A stretch of 33,406 nucleotides of DNA from NCBI GenBank assembly GCA_028702545.1, contig JAQVOQ010000002.1:1-33406 (forward strand). Reading direction: 5' to 3'. Positions 22,441 to 31,652 of the stretch are shown here, one piece after another. Below the pieces are notes generated by a model that did not search any database, had not been told where the DNA came from, and saw nothing but the letters and a program-made list of their open reading frames with translations. Source of the stretch: Clostridia bacterium (GTDB taxonomy: Bacteria; Bacillota; Clostridia; Christensenellales; UBA1242). Made by a program: the position numbers and the translations under genes. The first letter of the stretch is position 1, and each line of letters opens with the position of its first letter.

Positions 22441-22458
22441 TTTAAAAAGGAGATAAAA

Positions 22459-23505
22459 ATGCAGGCAAAAATTAAAGAGTTAAAGACTTTGTTTGAAAGT
22501 CATCTGCAAAAAGCAAAAACTTTAGCGGAAGTAGAAAATTTAAGGGTAGAATTTATTGGCAAAAAAGGGCATGTTACTTCACTTTTAGGCGAATTAAGAT
22601 TAGTGGCAAATGAGCAAAAAAGAGAAATGGGTAAAAAAATCAATGAACTTAAACAATTTGTTGAAGATGCACTTTTTGTTCAAAAACAATTTTTGGAACA
22701 AGAAACAATAGTAAAAGTTATTAGCAGTGCTAAAAAAATAGATATAACTATGCCGACGGGGCAAGTTTTTGGCTCAATTCACGCGGTGACTTCAGTTGCA
22801 AAAGAAGTTGAAGATGTTTTTGTAAGTATAGGCTTTATTGTTGAAGATGGACCAGAGGTTGTAACCGAGTATGAAAATTTTGAAGCAGTGAATGTACCTA
22901 AAGACCATCCAGCACGAGATATGCAGGATACTTTTTGGTTAGAAAACGGTCAAGTGCTAAAAACTCATACGAGCGCTAGCCAAAATCGCATACTAAAAAA
23001 ATATGCTGATAACTTAGCAAAGGGCGAAGATATTAGAGTAATTTTTCCGGGTCGCTGTTTTAGAAACGAAAATGTTGACGCGTCGCATGAAAACACATTT
23101 TTTCAACTTGAAGGAATGATGGTAGGAAAAGACATATCTGTTGCAAATCTAATTTATTTTATGAAGGGTATGCTTGAGGGCGTGTTTAAAAAAGATATCA
23201 ATGTAAGGCTAAGACCGGGCTTTTTTCCGTTTGTTGAGCCGGGTTTTGAGCTTGATGCTAGTTGCCCATTTTGCGAGGGCAAAGGTTGCAGTGTTTGTAA
23301 ACATAGTGGTTGGATAGAACTTTGTCCGTGTGGTATGATTCACCCAGAAGTTTTAAAGATGGGCGGAATAGATACAAATAATTATAGAGGCTTTGCTTTT
23401 GGGCTTGGATTAACGAGGTTAGTAATGTTGAAATATGGTTTAAAAGAAATTAGAATATTAAACAGTGGCAACTTAAAATTTTTAAAACAAACTGGCACGA
23501 AATAA
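22459..23505 (+). CDS. pheS: phenylalanine--tRNA ligase alpha subunit
   Basis: The ATG at 22459 follows an AAGGAGA RBS; the ORF-track N-terminus (22369-22458) is the T-box leader. Class II motifs HPARDMQDTFW, FRNE and GFAFGLGLTRL are present. Confidence 0.95.
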   Translation: MQAKIKELKTLFESHLQKAKTLAEVENLRVEFIGKKGHVTSLLGELRLVANEQKREMGKKINELKQFVEDALFVQKQFLEQETIVKVISSAKKIDITMPTGQVFGSIHAVTSVAKEVEDVFVSIGFIVEDGPEVVTEYENFEAVNVPKDHPARDMQDTFWLENGQVLKTHTSASQNRILKKYADNLAKGEDIRVIFPGRCFRNENVDASHENTFFQLEGMMVGKDISVANLIYFMKGMLEGVFKKDINVRLRPGFFPFVEPGFELDASCPFCEGKGCSVCKHSGWIELCPCGMIHPEVLKMGGIDTNNYRGFAFGLGLTRLVMLKYGLKEIRILNSGNLKFLKQTGTK

Positions 23506-23515
23506 GGAGAAAATA

Positions 23516-25894
23516 ATGAAAATAAGTATAAATTGGTTAAAAGATTTTGTAGACCTTAGCGGTATTACAAATCAAGAACTTATAAAACGCTTAACGCTAT
23601 CTACTGCCGAAATTGAAAAAGTAGTAGATTACGGCAAAAATACAAATAATGTGGTAGTTGCTAAAATTATAAAAAGAGAACCAGCACAAAACTCTAAAAA
23701 ACTTAGCGTGCTAAAAGTTGATGCAGGTGACAGAATTTATGATGTTATCTGCGGCGCTCCAAATTGCCGTGAGGGAATAAGGGTAGCTTTTGCTAAGTCT
23801 GGCGGAGAGGTTAATGGTTTTAAAATTGAAACTATCGAGATTGCAGGTTATAAAAGCGAGGGAATGTGCTGTTCGGAAAAAGAGTTAGGTATAAGCGAAA
23901 ATCACGATGGCATTATGGAAATTGAATGCTATGCCCCACTTGGAACGGATATAAAAAGTATATACGACATTGAGGATACAATTTTTGAAGTGGACAATAA
24001 GTCGCTTACTAATCGCCCTGATTTGTGGTGTCATTACGGCTTTGCACGAGAAGTTGCAACAATTTTTAATAGGCAATTAAAACCACTTGAAGTAGTTAAT
24101 TTAGAAGAATATGAAAAATTAGAAAAATTAAAACTAGCAATTGAAGATAGCGAAAAATGTTATCGTTACTCAGGCATAAAACTAGGTAATATTACAAAAA
24201 AAGTTTCGCCAATTAATATGAAAATTAGATTATTTTATGCGGGTATGCGAAGTCTTAACTTGCTTGCTGACTTAACAAACTATGTAATGTTAGAAGTAGG
24301 CCAACCAATGCACGCTTTTGATAGCAAAAAAGCAAAAAATATATCTGTTAAAACCTTTGACAAACCGATTAATTTTACAACGCTTGACGGAGAGGAAAGA
24401 AAGATAAACAAAAACACACTTATGATTTGTGAGGGCAATATTCCTATTGCAATTGCCGGTATAATGGGTGGTTTAATTAGTGAAGTTGAAGAGCATACGA
24501 CTAACATTTTATTAGAAAGCGCAAACTTTTTTGCAACGAGCATTAGAAAAAGCGCAAGCGCTCTTAGTTTAAGAACAGAAGCTAGTTTAAGGTACGAAAA
24601 AAGCTTAGACCCAGAACTTACTTATATTGCAACCGCAAGGTTTATTAAATTGCTAAAAATAATAGATGTTAGTATTGAGGTGCAGTCTAGTTTGGCCGAT
24701 GTTTATCCACATAAATATCCAAAACTTACTATCAATACGAGTGTAGGCTATATTGAGGATTACTGTGGAATAAAAATTGGTGAGGATAAAATTGTTAGCA
24801 TTTTGACCAGTCTTGGTTTTACTGTTTTAAATAAAAACGAAAATTTAACAGTTACAGTGCCTAGTTTTAGAGCGACAAAAGATGTGTCTATCTCCGCTGA
24901 CTTAGTTGAGGAAGTTGCGCGTATTTATGGCTATGATAATATATTGCCACGAGCAGTGGAGAGCAAAATTAAACCAGCAGAGCAACAAACTGAGCACTTG
25001 TTAGAGTATGAAGTTAAAAAATTGCTTGCTCAAAAATTTGCATTGTCGGAAGTTCACACATATTTGTGGAACGATGTTAAAGTCAATAAGCAACTTAACA
25101 TACAAACAAAAGGCTTTGTAAAAGTGCTTAATTCAACAGTTAAGGATAACGATGAGTTAAGGAGCGAACTGACTCCAAGTTTAATTAAAATTATTGACGA
25201 AAACAAAAACACAACTAGCGAAATGGGCATATTTGAAATAGGTAGAGTAATTACAGGACTTGATAAAAATAATTTAGCTATTGAAGAAAAACATTTGAGT
25301 GTAGTGCTTGCAAGCAAAACAAAATCCCAAGAAGAACTTTATTTTGAACTTAAAAAAATGTTAGAAGCTATATTTGCTACTTTTAAAAACAAGCGATTAG
25401 AATTAAAAATAAACAAAAAAGTTAACGTACCATACTTGCACCCCATTAATAGCGCTTATGTGATAGGTCGAAATGCATCTATTGGTCAATTGGGAGTAAT
25501 GCATCCATCAGTTGTTAGACAAATAGACAAGAAGTTTAATATAGCGGCTGCGGAAATTGATTTTAGTCAGTTTAGCAATATTAAACAGGAACAAATGCAA
25601 ATAAAAGAATTATCCAAATATCAAACAACAACGCTAGATTTTAACTTTTTAGCAGACAAAAATTCTTGTTATTTTAATTTAGAAATGCTATTTGCAAACT
25701 TTGAGTCTAAACTTGATTACACTTTTAAATTAAAAAATGTTTTTGAAGATGAAAGCGTAATATCTGGCAAAAAGAGTTATACATTTAGTTTTGAAATAGG
25801 CTCAAAAAATCATACATTAACGAGTATAGAAATTGAAGAGTTTTATAATGGATTAATAAACTATGCAAAAGCAAACGGCTTAGAATTAAGGTAA
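23516..25894 (+). CDS. pheT: phenylalanine--tRNA ligase beta subunit
   Basis: 792 aa, starting 10 nt after pheS. It begins MKISINWLKDFV and has the B3/4, B5 and FDX-ACB regions typical of PheT. Confidence 0.95.
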   Translation: MKISINWLKDFVDLSGITNQELIKRLTLSTAEIEKVVDYGKNTNNVVVAKIIKREPAQNSKKLSVLKVDAGDRIYDVICGAPNCREGIRVAFAKSGGEVNGFKIETIEIAGYKSEGMCCSEKELGISENHDGIMEIECYAPLGTDIKSIYDIEDTIFEVDNKSLTNRPDLWCHYGFAREVATIFNRQLKPLEVVNLEEYEKLEKLKLAIEDSEKCYRYSGIKLGNITKKVSPINMKIRLFYAGMRSLNLLADLTNYVMLEVGQPMHAFDSKKAKNISVKTFDKPINFTTLDGEERKINKNTLMICEGNIPIAIAGIMGGLISEVEEHTTNILLESANFFATSIRKSASALSLRTEASLRYEKSLDPELTYIATARFIKLLKIIDVSIEVQSSLADVYPHKYPKLTINTSVGYIEDYCGIKIGEDKIVSILTSLGFTVLNKNENLTVTVPSFRATKDVSISADLVEEVARIYGYDNILPRAVESKIKPAEQQTEHLLEYEVKKLLAQKFALSEVHTYLWNDVKVNKQLNIQTKGFVKVLNSTVKDNDELRSELTPSLIKIIDENKNTTSEMGIFEIGRVITGLDKNNLAIEEKHLSVVLASKTKSQEELYFELKKMLEAIFATFKNKRLELKINKKVNVPYLHPINSAYVIGRNASIGQLGVMHPSVVRQIDKKFNIAAAEIDFSQFSNIKQEQMQIKELSKYQTTTLDFNFLADKNSCYFNLEMLFANFESKLDYTFKLKNVFEDESVISGKKSYTFSFEIGSKNHTLTSIEIEEFYNGLINYAKANGLELR

Positions 25895-25898
25895 ATTT

Positions 25899-25931
25899 AA
25901 AAAAATCACATAATTTAATGTGATTTTTTTT
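25899..25931 (+). terminator. intrinsic terminator after pheT
   Basis: ATCACAT (25905-25911) pairs with ATGTGAT (25918-25924), followed by T8. Confidence 0.8.
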
Positions 25932-26012
25932 AAATTTATTAATAATTTGATAACAAATTTATTTGTTTTATGCTAAAATTTTTATATAAGTTATTTTTAA
26001 GGGAGAATTTTT

Positions 26013-26795
26013 ATGGACGCTATTTTATTAATAATTAAAGACTATGGACCAGCTGCAGCTGCACTTTTGTCAATAATTGCAGTAATAGTTGTTTTTGTAG
26101 TAAACAGTAAAGTACAAAGAACACTAAGGCAAATTATAAAATTAAAAGATGATACAAGAAATGAAAAAAGTAAAGTTATAGTGGAGGCTTTTAATATAAT
26201 CAACAAATTAGAGCAAACGAACTTTCTTGATTATAAGTTAGTTGCTGTTGAACTTGACGTAGTTTATAATAGGCTATATTCAACCGTTGCAGATGCCAAA
26301 CTTATTCAAGCATATGATAACGTTATTAAAACTTTTATTATAGGCAATAAGGCAAGTTTATCAGAGTTTGAAGTTTTGGCAAGAAAAGAGCTTGGTTTAA
26401 GTGTTGTAAATAACAAAACTAAACAAAATTACTTGTTAATGATAAACGACAGCGAAAGCAAAGAGCGTGCAAGAATAGAATTAGAAGAACAAAGGCAAAG
26501 AGAATTGCAAGAGATAGAACAACAAAAACTTGCCCTAAAAGAACAAAAAGAACAAGAGCGTTTATTAAAATTACAAGAAAAAGAAGAAGAAAAACATAGA
26601 AAAGAAGAAGAAAAATTAAGATTAAAACAAGAAAAAAAAGAGATAAAACAAGAAACACAACAATTGGTTGAAGAACCTATAGTTGAAGAGCAGATAGTTG
26701 AAGAGCCAAAGATAGAAAAAGAACAAAAACAAAAAGTGATAACAAAAGACATTGAACAAATAAAAGGGCCAAAAGTAATAAAGAATAAAAAGTAA
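26013..26795 (+). CDS. membrane-anchored protein with an E/K-rich coiled-coil tail
   Basis: 260 aa with a GGGAGA RBS. The N-terminal TM is AAAALLSIIAVIVVFVV, and the C-terminal half is charged, low-complexity E/K/Q sequence. Confidence 0.7.
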   Translation: MDAILLIIKDYGPAAAALLSIIAVIVVFVVNSKVQRTLRQIIKLKDDTRNEKSKVIVEAFNIINKLEQTNFLDYKLVAVELDVVYNRLYSTVADAKLIQAYDNVIKTFIIGNKASLSEFEVLARKELGLSVVNNKTKQNYLLMINDSESKERARIELEEQRQRELQEIEQQKLALKEQKEQERLLKLQEKEEEKHRKEEEKLRLKQEKKEIKQETQQLVEEPIVEEQIVEEPKIEKEQKQKVITKDIEQIKGPKVIKNKK

Positions 26796-26837
26796 TCAAA
26801 GAAGTTAAACGAGAAAAACCAGCGGATGAAAATTGAT

Positions 26838-26866
26838 AAAAAAACACTTTTTTAAAAGTGTTTTTT
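26838..26866. terminator. bidirectional intrinsic terminator
   Basis: CACTT (26845-26849) pairs with AAGTG (26856-26860), extended by A and T runs. Confidence 0.7.
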
Positions 26867-26878
26867 ATAAACTAGTTA

Positions 26879-27901
26879 TTATTTTAATTTTTTAATTTGT
26901 GTTTGACATGCGACCAAGGTTTTTTTAATTGCTTCTTTTAAGTCATCGGGATTATATTTTAAGTTTGTCATACACTCAGCTGTATCAATAAAGGCGTCGC
27001 GTTTTTGAAATTCTAAATATTCTACTAAGTCTAAACCGCTTTCTCTGCCTTCTCTTGCATACCTATTCGTTTTTTTTATCATTTCTCTTCTTGTTGCAAA
27101 ATTAGAGTAAGGTGTTAAAACTTTGTGTTCTTGGTTTTGTAATCTTAACAAATAACTCAAAAAATCTTTCCATTTTAAGTTAATGCTTGCAACGGGATAA
27201 GCCTTGCCACCAGTTCCATAAAGTATAGCACCCTCAATAGCCTCTGCAACTTCTTTTTCGGTAGCCATCGCTGTTCCACCAACAGGATAGTAGATATGCT
27301 TATTACTATTTAATTGATCAATTACGATTGATAAAAGCGGAGTTTGTTTTGGTACAGTGCCAAATACATATGGAAGCTCTAAAATTATAACTTCCATAAC
27401 GCTAGAATTAAAAGTAAAAGCAAGTTCCATTTGCTCAACACGACTTCTAATATAGGGATGAGTTTCTTTTAGTTTAAGTTCTGGCCAAATGCGGTTGAAA
27501 TAAGTAAAATAAGAGCCTAAAATAATAACTTTTTTAATTTTTGCAAGCCTTGCAAGCCTTAAAAGATTCATAGCGTAAGTTACATTGTATTGCCTAAAAA
27601 AATTTATTGCAGGCGCTTTTGGAGTGTATCTTTCATCGGCACCAAGGGCAATAATCATATAATCTTTTTCTTTCATAATTCTAAGCATTTCAGTATCGGT
27701 TATATTATTTACATCTTTTAAAATATATTCTACTTTACCGTCAAATAAGTCTTTTGGTTGACTTGATGGCAAACTAATGCTTGTAACCTTATAACCCTTT
27801 TCAACTAATGTACGGGTGGTGCTTTTTCCAAGCATGCCCGTTCCGCCTACTATAAATACTTTTTTTGTTTGATATCCGTTTTTTAATAATTCCTGTGTCA
27901 T
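26879..27901 (-). CDS. NAD(P)-dependent epimerase/dehydratase family (extended SDR) protein
   Basis: The ATG at 27901 is 5 nt after GAGGA. It carries the Rossmann motif VFIVGGTGMLGKS. 340 aa. Confidence 0.85.
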   Translation of the reverse strand: MTQELLKNGYQTKKVFIVGGTGMLGKSTTRTLVEKGYKVTSISLPSSQPKDLFDGKVEYILKDVNNITDTEMLRIMKEKDYMIIALGADERYTPKAPAINFFRQYNVTYAMNLLRLARLAKIKKVIILGSYFTYFNRIWPELKLKETHPYIRSRVEQMELAFTFNSSVMEVIILELPYVFGTVPKQTPLLSIVIDQLNSNKHIYYPVGGTAMATEKEVAEAIEGAILYGTGGKAYPVASINLKWKDFLSYLLRLQNQEHKVLTPYSNFATRREMIKKTNRYAREGRESGLDLVEYLEFQKRDAFIDTAECMTNLKYNPDDLKEAIKKTLVACQTQIKKLK

Positions 27902-27933
27902 ATAAATCCTCAAATTAACTTTTTGTTAATTTC

Positions 27934-27965
27934 TTTAAAAAAGAGTTTTAGTATTAAAACTCTTT
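27934..27965 (-). terminator. intrinsic terminator after the 85-aa gene
   Basis: A perfect 10-bp stem pairs AAAGAGTTTT (27940-27949) with AAAACTCTTT (27956-27965). A U run follows on the minus strand. Confidence 0.65.
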
Positions 27966-27982
27966 AGTAATTAATTTCAATG

Positions 27983-28240
27983 TTAACGCTCGTCTTCTTC
28001 TGAAATATTATATATTTTTTTATATTTTCCAGTCATAGATGATTGTTCGTTTTTAGAAATTGTTTTAACTGCTTTAGTGGCTTTTTCTTTTTCTATCATT
28101 TTATCACGCATATAACTTAAAGATGCTTCTTTTTCATCTTCTGAGCCATAACCATTGCTCATGGTAATTGGTTGGCCTGCATCGTTGCATTTATATCCGT
28201 TTATATATTTAACGCCGTTTACTATTTCAAATTTACTCAT
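27983..28240 (-). CDS. hypothetical protein (85 aa)
   Basis: ORF trimmed to the ATG at 28240, which follows an AAGGAG RBS. The sequence starts MSKFEIVNGVKYINGYKCNDAGQPI... No family recognised. Confidence 0.6.
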   Translation of the reverse strand: MSKFEIVNGVKYINGYKCNDAGQPITMSNGYGSEDEKEASLSYMRDKMIEKEKATKAVKTISKNEQSSMTGKYKKIYNISEEDER

Positions 28241-28363
28241 ATTAAACTCCTTATACAATTTAATTTTATCATAATAATAATAATATTTCAATACTTTTTA
28301 AATTTTTGTTTGATTCAAAAAGTATAAGATGTGTTATAATTTGACTTAAGAGGAAAATTAATA

Positions 28364-29761
28364 GTGAATAACATAAAAAACACAACACAAAACTTGATTA
28401 TAAATAATTTAGGCATTAACGGAGAAGGCATTGCAAAGTTAGATGGCATAACTATTTTTTTGCCTTTTGCATTGCCAAATGAAGAAGTAGAAGTAAAAAT
28501 AATAAAAGAAGATAAACATTTTTTAAAAGGCGAGTTAAAAAGCATTATTACTCAGTCAAAATTTAGGGTAACCGCTCCTTGTCCAGTTTTTGAAAAATGC
28601 GGTGGTTGCCAATTACAACACTTAAAATATGACGAGCAGTTGAATTTTAAAACTAATTTAGTCAAGGAAACTTTTAAAAAGGTAGGCAACATTGAATTTA
28701 CGCCGAATAATTGCACGCCAAGTGACAACGAATATAATTATCGCAACAAAATTAGTTTGCCTATAAGAAGTGTTGAAGGAGAGTTAAAAATAGGCTTTTT
28801 TGCAAATAACTCACACCGAATAGTTGAGATTGAGAGCTGTCCTTTACAGCAAAATCTTACTAATAAAATTATTAAAGTATTTAAAGATTTTATGATAAAA
28901 CATAATATTCCCGCTTATGATGAGGAAAATAGAAAAGGTTTAGTAAAGCATTTAGTTGCGCGTGAATTTAAGGACGCGCTTTTAGTTGCCGTTGTAATAA
29001 ACGGAAAAGAAATGAAAGAGGCAAATAAACTCTACGAAGTGTTAAAACAAAATTTTAATAAGGTTACACTATATTTAAACCATAACGACAAAAGCAACAA
29101 TGTTATTTTAGGAGCTCGTAGTACGCTTGTTGGTGGGGATAAGTTTTTAGTTGAAGAGTTACAGGGATTGAGTGTTAAAACGGGCGTAGTGAGCTTTATG
29201 CAGGTCAATGATGGTGTTAGGGACAGTATTTATGGAGACGCATTAAAAAGTATAAAAAGTTTTAACCCACAAATAGTAATTGATGCTTACAGCGGGGCTG
29301 GTTTGCTTACTGCAATAATTGCAAAAAATGTAAGTGCAAAAGTGTACGGACTAGAAATAATTAGCGAAGCCGTGGATGCTAGCAATAAAATGTTAAAAGA
29401 AAATAATTTAGAAGCAAAAGTACAAAATATTTTAGGCGATTGCTCGTTAACTTTGCCAAAATTAATGAGTGATATTAAAAATAAAACAACGCTTGTTTTA
29501 GACCCACCACGAAAAGGGCTTGATAAAGCGATAATAAACGCAATACTAGTTAGTAGACCCGAGCAAATAATTTATATTGCTTGTGGACTTACAAGTCTAG
29601 CAAGAGATGCGGCATATTTAACAAATACAAAAGATATTTTGACCGATAAAACTGTTGAAATAGTAGAGCCAATTTATGAAATTGTTAGTGTAACTCCATA
29701 TGATATGTTCCCACAAACTAAGCATGTAGAAACGCTAGTTGAATTAAGACTAAAAAAATAA
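28364..29761 (+). CDS. RumA/RlmCD-type 23S rRNA (uracil-C5)-methyltransferase, paralog 1
   Basis: 465 aa. It has an N-terminal TRAM-like domain, the Fe-S cysteines CPVFEKCGGCQLQH plus a later SCPL, the SAM motif DAYSGAGL, DPPRKGL and the catalytic CGLTS. GTG start with an AGAGGAAAA RBS. Confidence 0.9.
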   Translation: MNNIKNTTQNLIINNLGINGEGIAKLDGITIFLPFALPNEEVEVKIIKEDKHFLKGELKSIITQSKFRVTAPCPVFEKCGGCQLQHLKYDEQLNFKTNLVKETFKKVGNIEFTPNNCTPSDNEYNYRNKISLPIRSVEGELKIGFFANNSHRIVEIESCPLQQNLTNKIIKVFKDFMIKHNIPAYDEENRKGLVKHLVAREFKDALLVAVVINGKEMKEANKLYEVLKQNFNKVTLYLNHNDKSNNVILGARSTLVGGDKFLVEELQGLSVKTGVVSFMQVNDGVRDSIYGDALKSIKSFNPQIVIDAYSGAGLLTAIIAKNVSAKVYGLEIISEAVDASNKMLKENNLEAKVQNILGDCSLTLPKLMSDIKNKTTLVLDPPRKGLDKAIINAILVSRPEQIIYIACGLTSLARDAAYLTNTKDILTDKTVEIVEPIYEIVSVTPYDMFPQTKHVETLVELRLKK

Positions 29762-29784
29762 ATGAAAAAGGTGACAAAAACAAA

Positions 29785-31119
29785 ATGAAAGTTAAGGATA
29801 TTGTTGAGTTTGACATCAGCTATTTAAATGAAGATGGAAGAGGTGTAGGGCACCTTGGCTCTCAAAAATTAGTTATACCAGATGTTATTGAAGGTGAAAG
29901 GGTCAGTGCCGTTATTACTTCGTTTTATGACGGAGTGACTTTTGCAAAACTTTTAAAAGTAATTAAGCCAAGCGAGTTTAGAGTTAAGCCTAAATGCCCA
30001 TATAACGACATCTGTGGAGGTTGCAATTTTCAACATATTGATTACCAAAAACAATTATATATAAAGCATGATTTGGTTAAATATGCCTTGTCAGATTTTA
30101 ATGTAAAAATTGACGACACAGTAGGCGTGTATTATCCTTTTAAATATCGCAACAAACTTCATTTTGTAATAGGTCAAAAGGATAAAAAACCGCTAATAGG
30201 TTTTTTTAAGGGTGGAACTAAGCAAATAGTTGATATTCCAAAATGCATTTTGCACGACGATTGGGCAGAGAAGTTATATAATATTGTTGCAGAATATATT
30301 AAAGTTTCAAAAATCAGTATTTATGATATAGATAGTCAAGAAGGTGCACTGCGCTATGTTACAGCAAGGCACATTGATAACAACATTATTGTAACAATGG
30401 TTATTACTAACAACTTTTTGCCAAAGTCCGAGTGGCTGTATAAAACTTTAAAAGAAGAGTTTAAAAAAGTATCTCTATATTTAAACATAAATAATCGCAT
30501 GGATAGCAAGGTTTATTCTGAAGACTTTATAAAACTTAATGGCGACTGGAATTTACAGGCTAAAATTATGGGTGTAGACATTGAGGTATCACCATCTTCA
30601 TTTTTACAAGTTAATTTACCTATTATGAACAAAATTTATAAAAGAATTATTGATTATACAGATGCAAAAGAAGGCAGTTACATAATAGACCTGTTTAGCG
30701 GTATTGGAATAACTTCGCTATTTTTTGCAAAAGCTGGTGCAAAAGTTACTTCAATAGAACTTGAAAAAAACTCGGTTAATGAAGCGAGAAGGCTTATTAA
30801 AGCAAATAATTTAAGCGATAAAGTTAATGCTTTACAAGGCGACTGTAATCAAATGCTAAAAATTGTTATTGACGAGTTGCCAAAAAACGCGCCAAAAACA
30901 ATATTTGTTGACCCTCCGCGAAAAGGGCTAGAAGGTACTGCTTCAACCCTTGCAAACTCAGGAGCACAAAGAATAATTTATTTGTCTTGTAATCCATTAA
31001 GCTTAGCTACGGATTTAAAAATTTTAATAAAACATTATAAAATAATGAGCATAACCCCATTTGATATGTTCCCACAAACTAAACATGTAGAAACATTAGT
31101 AGAGTTAGAGTTAAAGTAA
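29785..31119 (+). CDS. RumA/RlmCD-type RNA (uracil-C5)-methyltransferase, paralog 2
   Basis: 444 aa with a TRAM-like N-terminus, CPYNDICGGCNFQH plus KCILH, DLFSGIG, DPPRKGL, the catalytic SCNP and the C-terminal FDMFPQTKHVETLVEL. Confidence 0.9.
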   Translation: MKVKDIVEFDISYLNEDGRGVGHLGSQKLVIPDVIEGERVSAVITSFYDGVTFAKLLKVIKPSEFRVKPKCPYNDICGGCNFQHIDYQKQLYIKHDLVKYALSDFNVKIDDTVGVYYPFKYRNKLHFVIGQKDKKPLIGFFKGGTKQIVDIPKCILHDDWAEKLYNIVAEYIKVSKISIYDIDSQEGALRYVTARHIDNNIIVTMVITNNFLPKSEWLYKTLKEEFKKVSLYLNINNRMDSKVYSEDFIKLNGDWNLQAKIMGVDIEVSPSSFLQVNLPIMNKIYKRIIDYTDAKEGSYIIDLFSGIGITSLFFAKAGAKVTSIELEKNSVNEARRLIKANNLSDKVNALQGDCNQMLKIVIDELPKNAPKTIFVDPPRKGLEGTASTLANSGAQRIIYLSCNPLSLATDLKILIKHYKIMSITPFDMFPQTKHVETLVELELK

Positions 31120-31128
31120 CAAACCAAA

Positions 31129-31156
31129 GAAAAACCCTTGATTAAGGGTTTTTTTA
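31129..31156. terminator. bidirectional intrinsic terminator
   Basis: AACCCTT (31133-31139) pairs with AAGGGTT (31144-31150), flanked by A and T runs. Confidence 0.8.
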
Positions 31157-31351
31157 TTGTTTAAAATCAGTGGAACTTATTAAAGCCATATATTCATCAA
31201 ACTTATGTTCTCTTATAGGCATAGGGATATTATTATCAAAATATAAAACAAGTGCTGGCGAAATTTTGTTGTAGCTGTTTACAAACTCAAACTTTACCAA
31301 GTGACCCGTTATAATTAGATTTTGTGCTTTCGCATGATAATTAAAATACAT
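31154..31351 (-). CDS. hypothetical protein (65 aa), possibly leaderless
   Basis: There is no SD sequence. TATACT (31358-31363, minus strand) ends 6 nt before the ATG. The sequence starts MYFNYHAKAQNLIITGHLVKFEF... No family recognised. Confidence 0.5.
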   Translation of the reverse strand: MYFNYHAKAQNLIITGHLVKFEFVNSYNKISPALVLYFDNNIPMPIREHKFDEYMALISSTDFKQ

Positions 31352-31425
31352 ATTGATAGTATAGCTTATTTTTTAAAGTTTAGCACAGCATTTTTTACAC
31401 ATACTAAAAAAAGGAGGTGTCGCAT

Positions 31426-31572
31426 ATGTCAAGAAGTAAAAACACAAAAGGGGCAAGTCAAGTATACAACCCTAAAACAAATAGGTATGTAGAAAAAGAT
31501 GCTTCGGGAAAATTTGCAAAAGTTAATTCTCAACCAAACAAAAAATTTCCTGGCGTTGAAGTAGAAAAATAG
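31426..31572 (+). CDS. 48-aa basic protein (not in the ORF track)
   Basis: AAGGAGGTG RBS (31411-31419) lies 6 nt before the ATG. Translation: MSRSKNTKGASQVYNPKTNRYVEKDASGKFAKVNSQPNKKFPGVEVEK. A terminator follows. Confidence 0.55.
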   Translation: MSRSKNTKGASQVYNPKTNRYVEKDASGKFAKVNSQPNKKFPGVEVEK

Positions 31573-31576
31573 TTTT

Positions 31577-31607
31577 TTAAAAACCACTTTTTATAAGTGG
31601 TTTTTTT
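31577..31607 (+). terminator. intrinsic terminator after the 48-aa ORF
   Basis: CCACTT (31584-31589) pairs with AAGTGG (31595-31600), followed by T7. Confidence 0.8.
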
Positions 31608-31615
31608 AAATTTAC

Positions 31616-31645
31616 TTTACATTTATTATATCAAACTGATATAAT
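31616..31645 (+). promoter_or_regulatory. promoter placed for a leaderless HAD-like transcript
   Basis: TTTACA (31616-31621) is followed by an 18-nt spacer and TGaTATAAT (TATAAT at 31640-31645). The ATG at 31653 is only 7 nt downstream and has no SD. Confidence 0.5.
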
Positions 31646-31652
31646 AAATTTC

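Noticed and set aside
22369-22458. N-terminal extension of pheS in the ORF track
   Set aside because: This stretch is the T-box antiterminator/terminator. The real start is the ATG at 22459, behind AAGGAGA. Similar trimming was applied at 943-1062, 7748-7873, 16901-16915, 17875-17898, 20803-20808, 20918-20956, 21929-22006, 27902-27913 and 28241-28291 on RBS grounds.
23885-25317. Three minus-strand ORFs inside pheT (23885..24076, 24280..24543, 25054..25317)
   Set aside because: They are antisense to a well-supported housekeeping gene.
26419-26752. Two minus-strand ORFs, and an apparent repeat structure in the E/K-rich region
   Set aside because: The ORFs are antisense artefacts of GAA/AAA-rich coding sequence. 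The repetition is low-complexity codon reuse (E/K/Q), not a spaced repeat array or CRISPR.
26793-26840. Open frame continuing after the TAA stop of gene 26013..26795, considered as possible readthrough
   Set aside because: TAA is a strong stop and nothing in the context suggests recoding. The extension is short and runs into the terminator.
28315-28545. 76-aa minus-strand ORF
   Set aside because: It overlaps the promoter, RBS and 5' end of the RumA-type gene and has no RBS of its own.
29701-29733. Near-identical nucleotide stretch shared with 31062..31094 (3' ends of the two methyltransferase genes), considered as a repeat or gene-conversion tract
   Set aside because: It covers only about 33 nt encoding the family-conserved DMFPQTKHVE motif. 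Restricted AT-rich codon choice can explain the identity, and the flanks diverge immediately.
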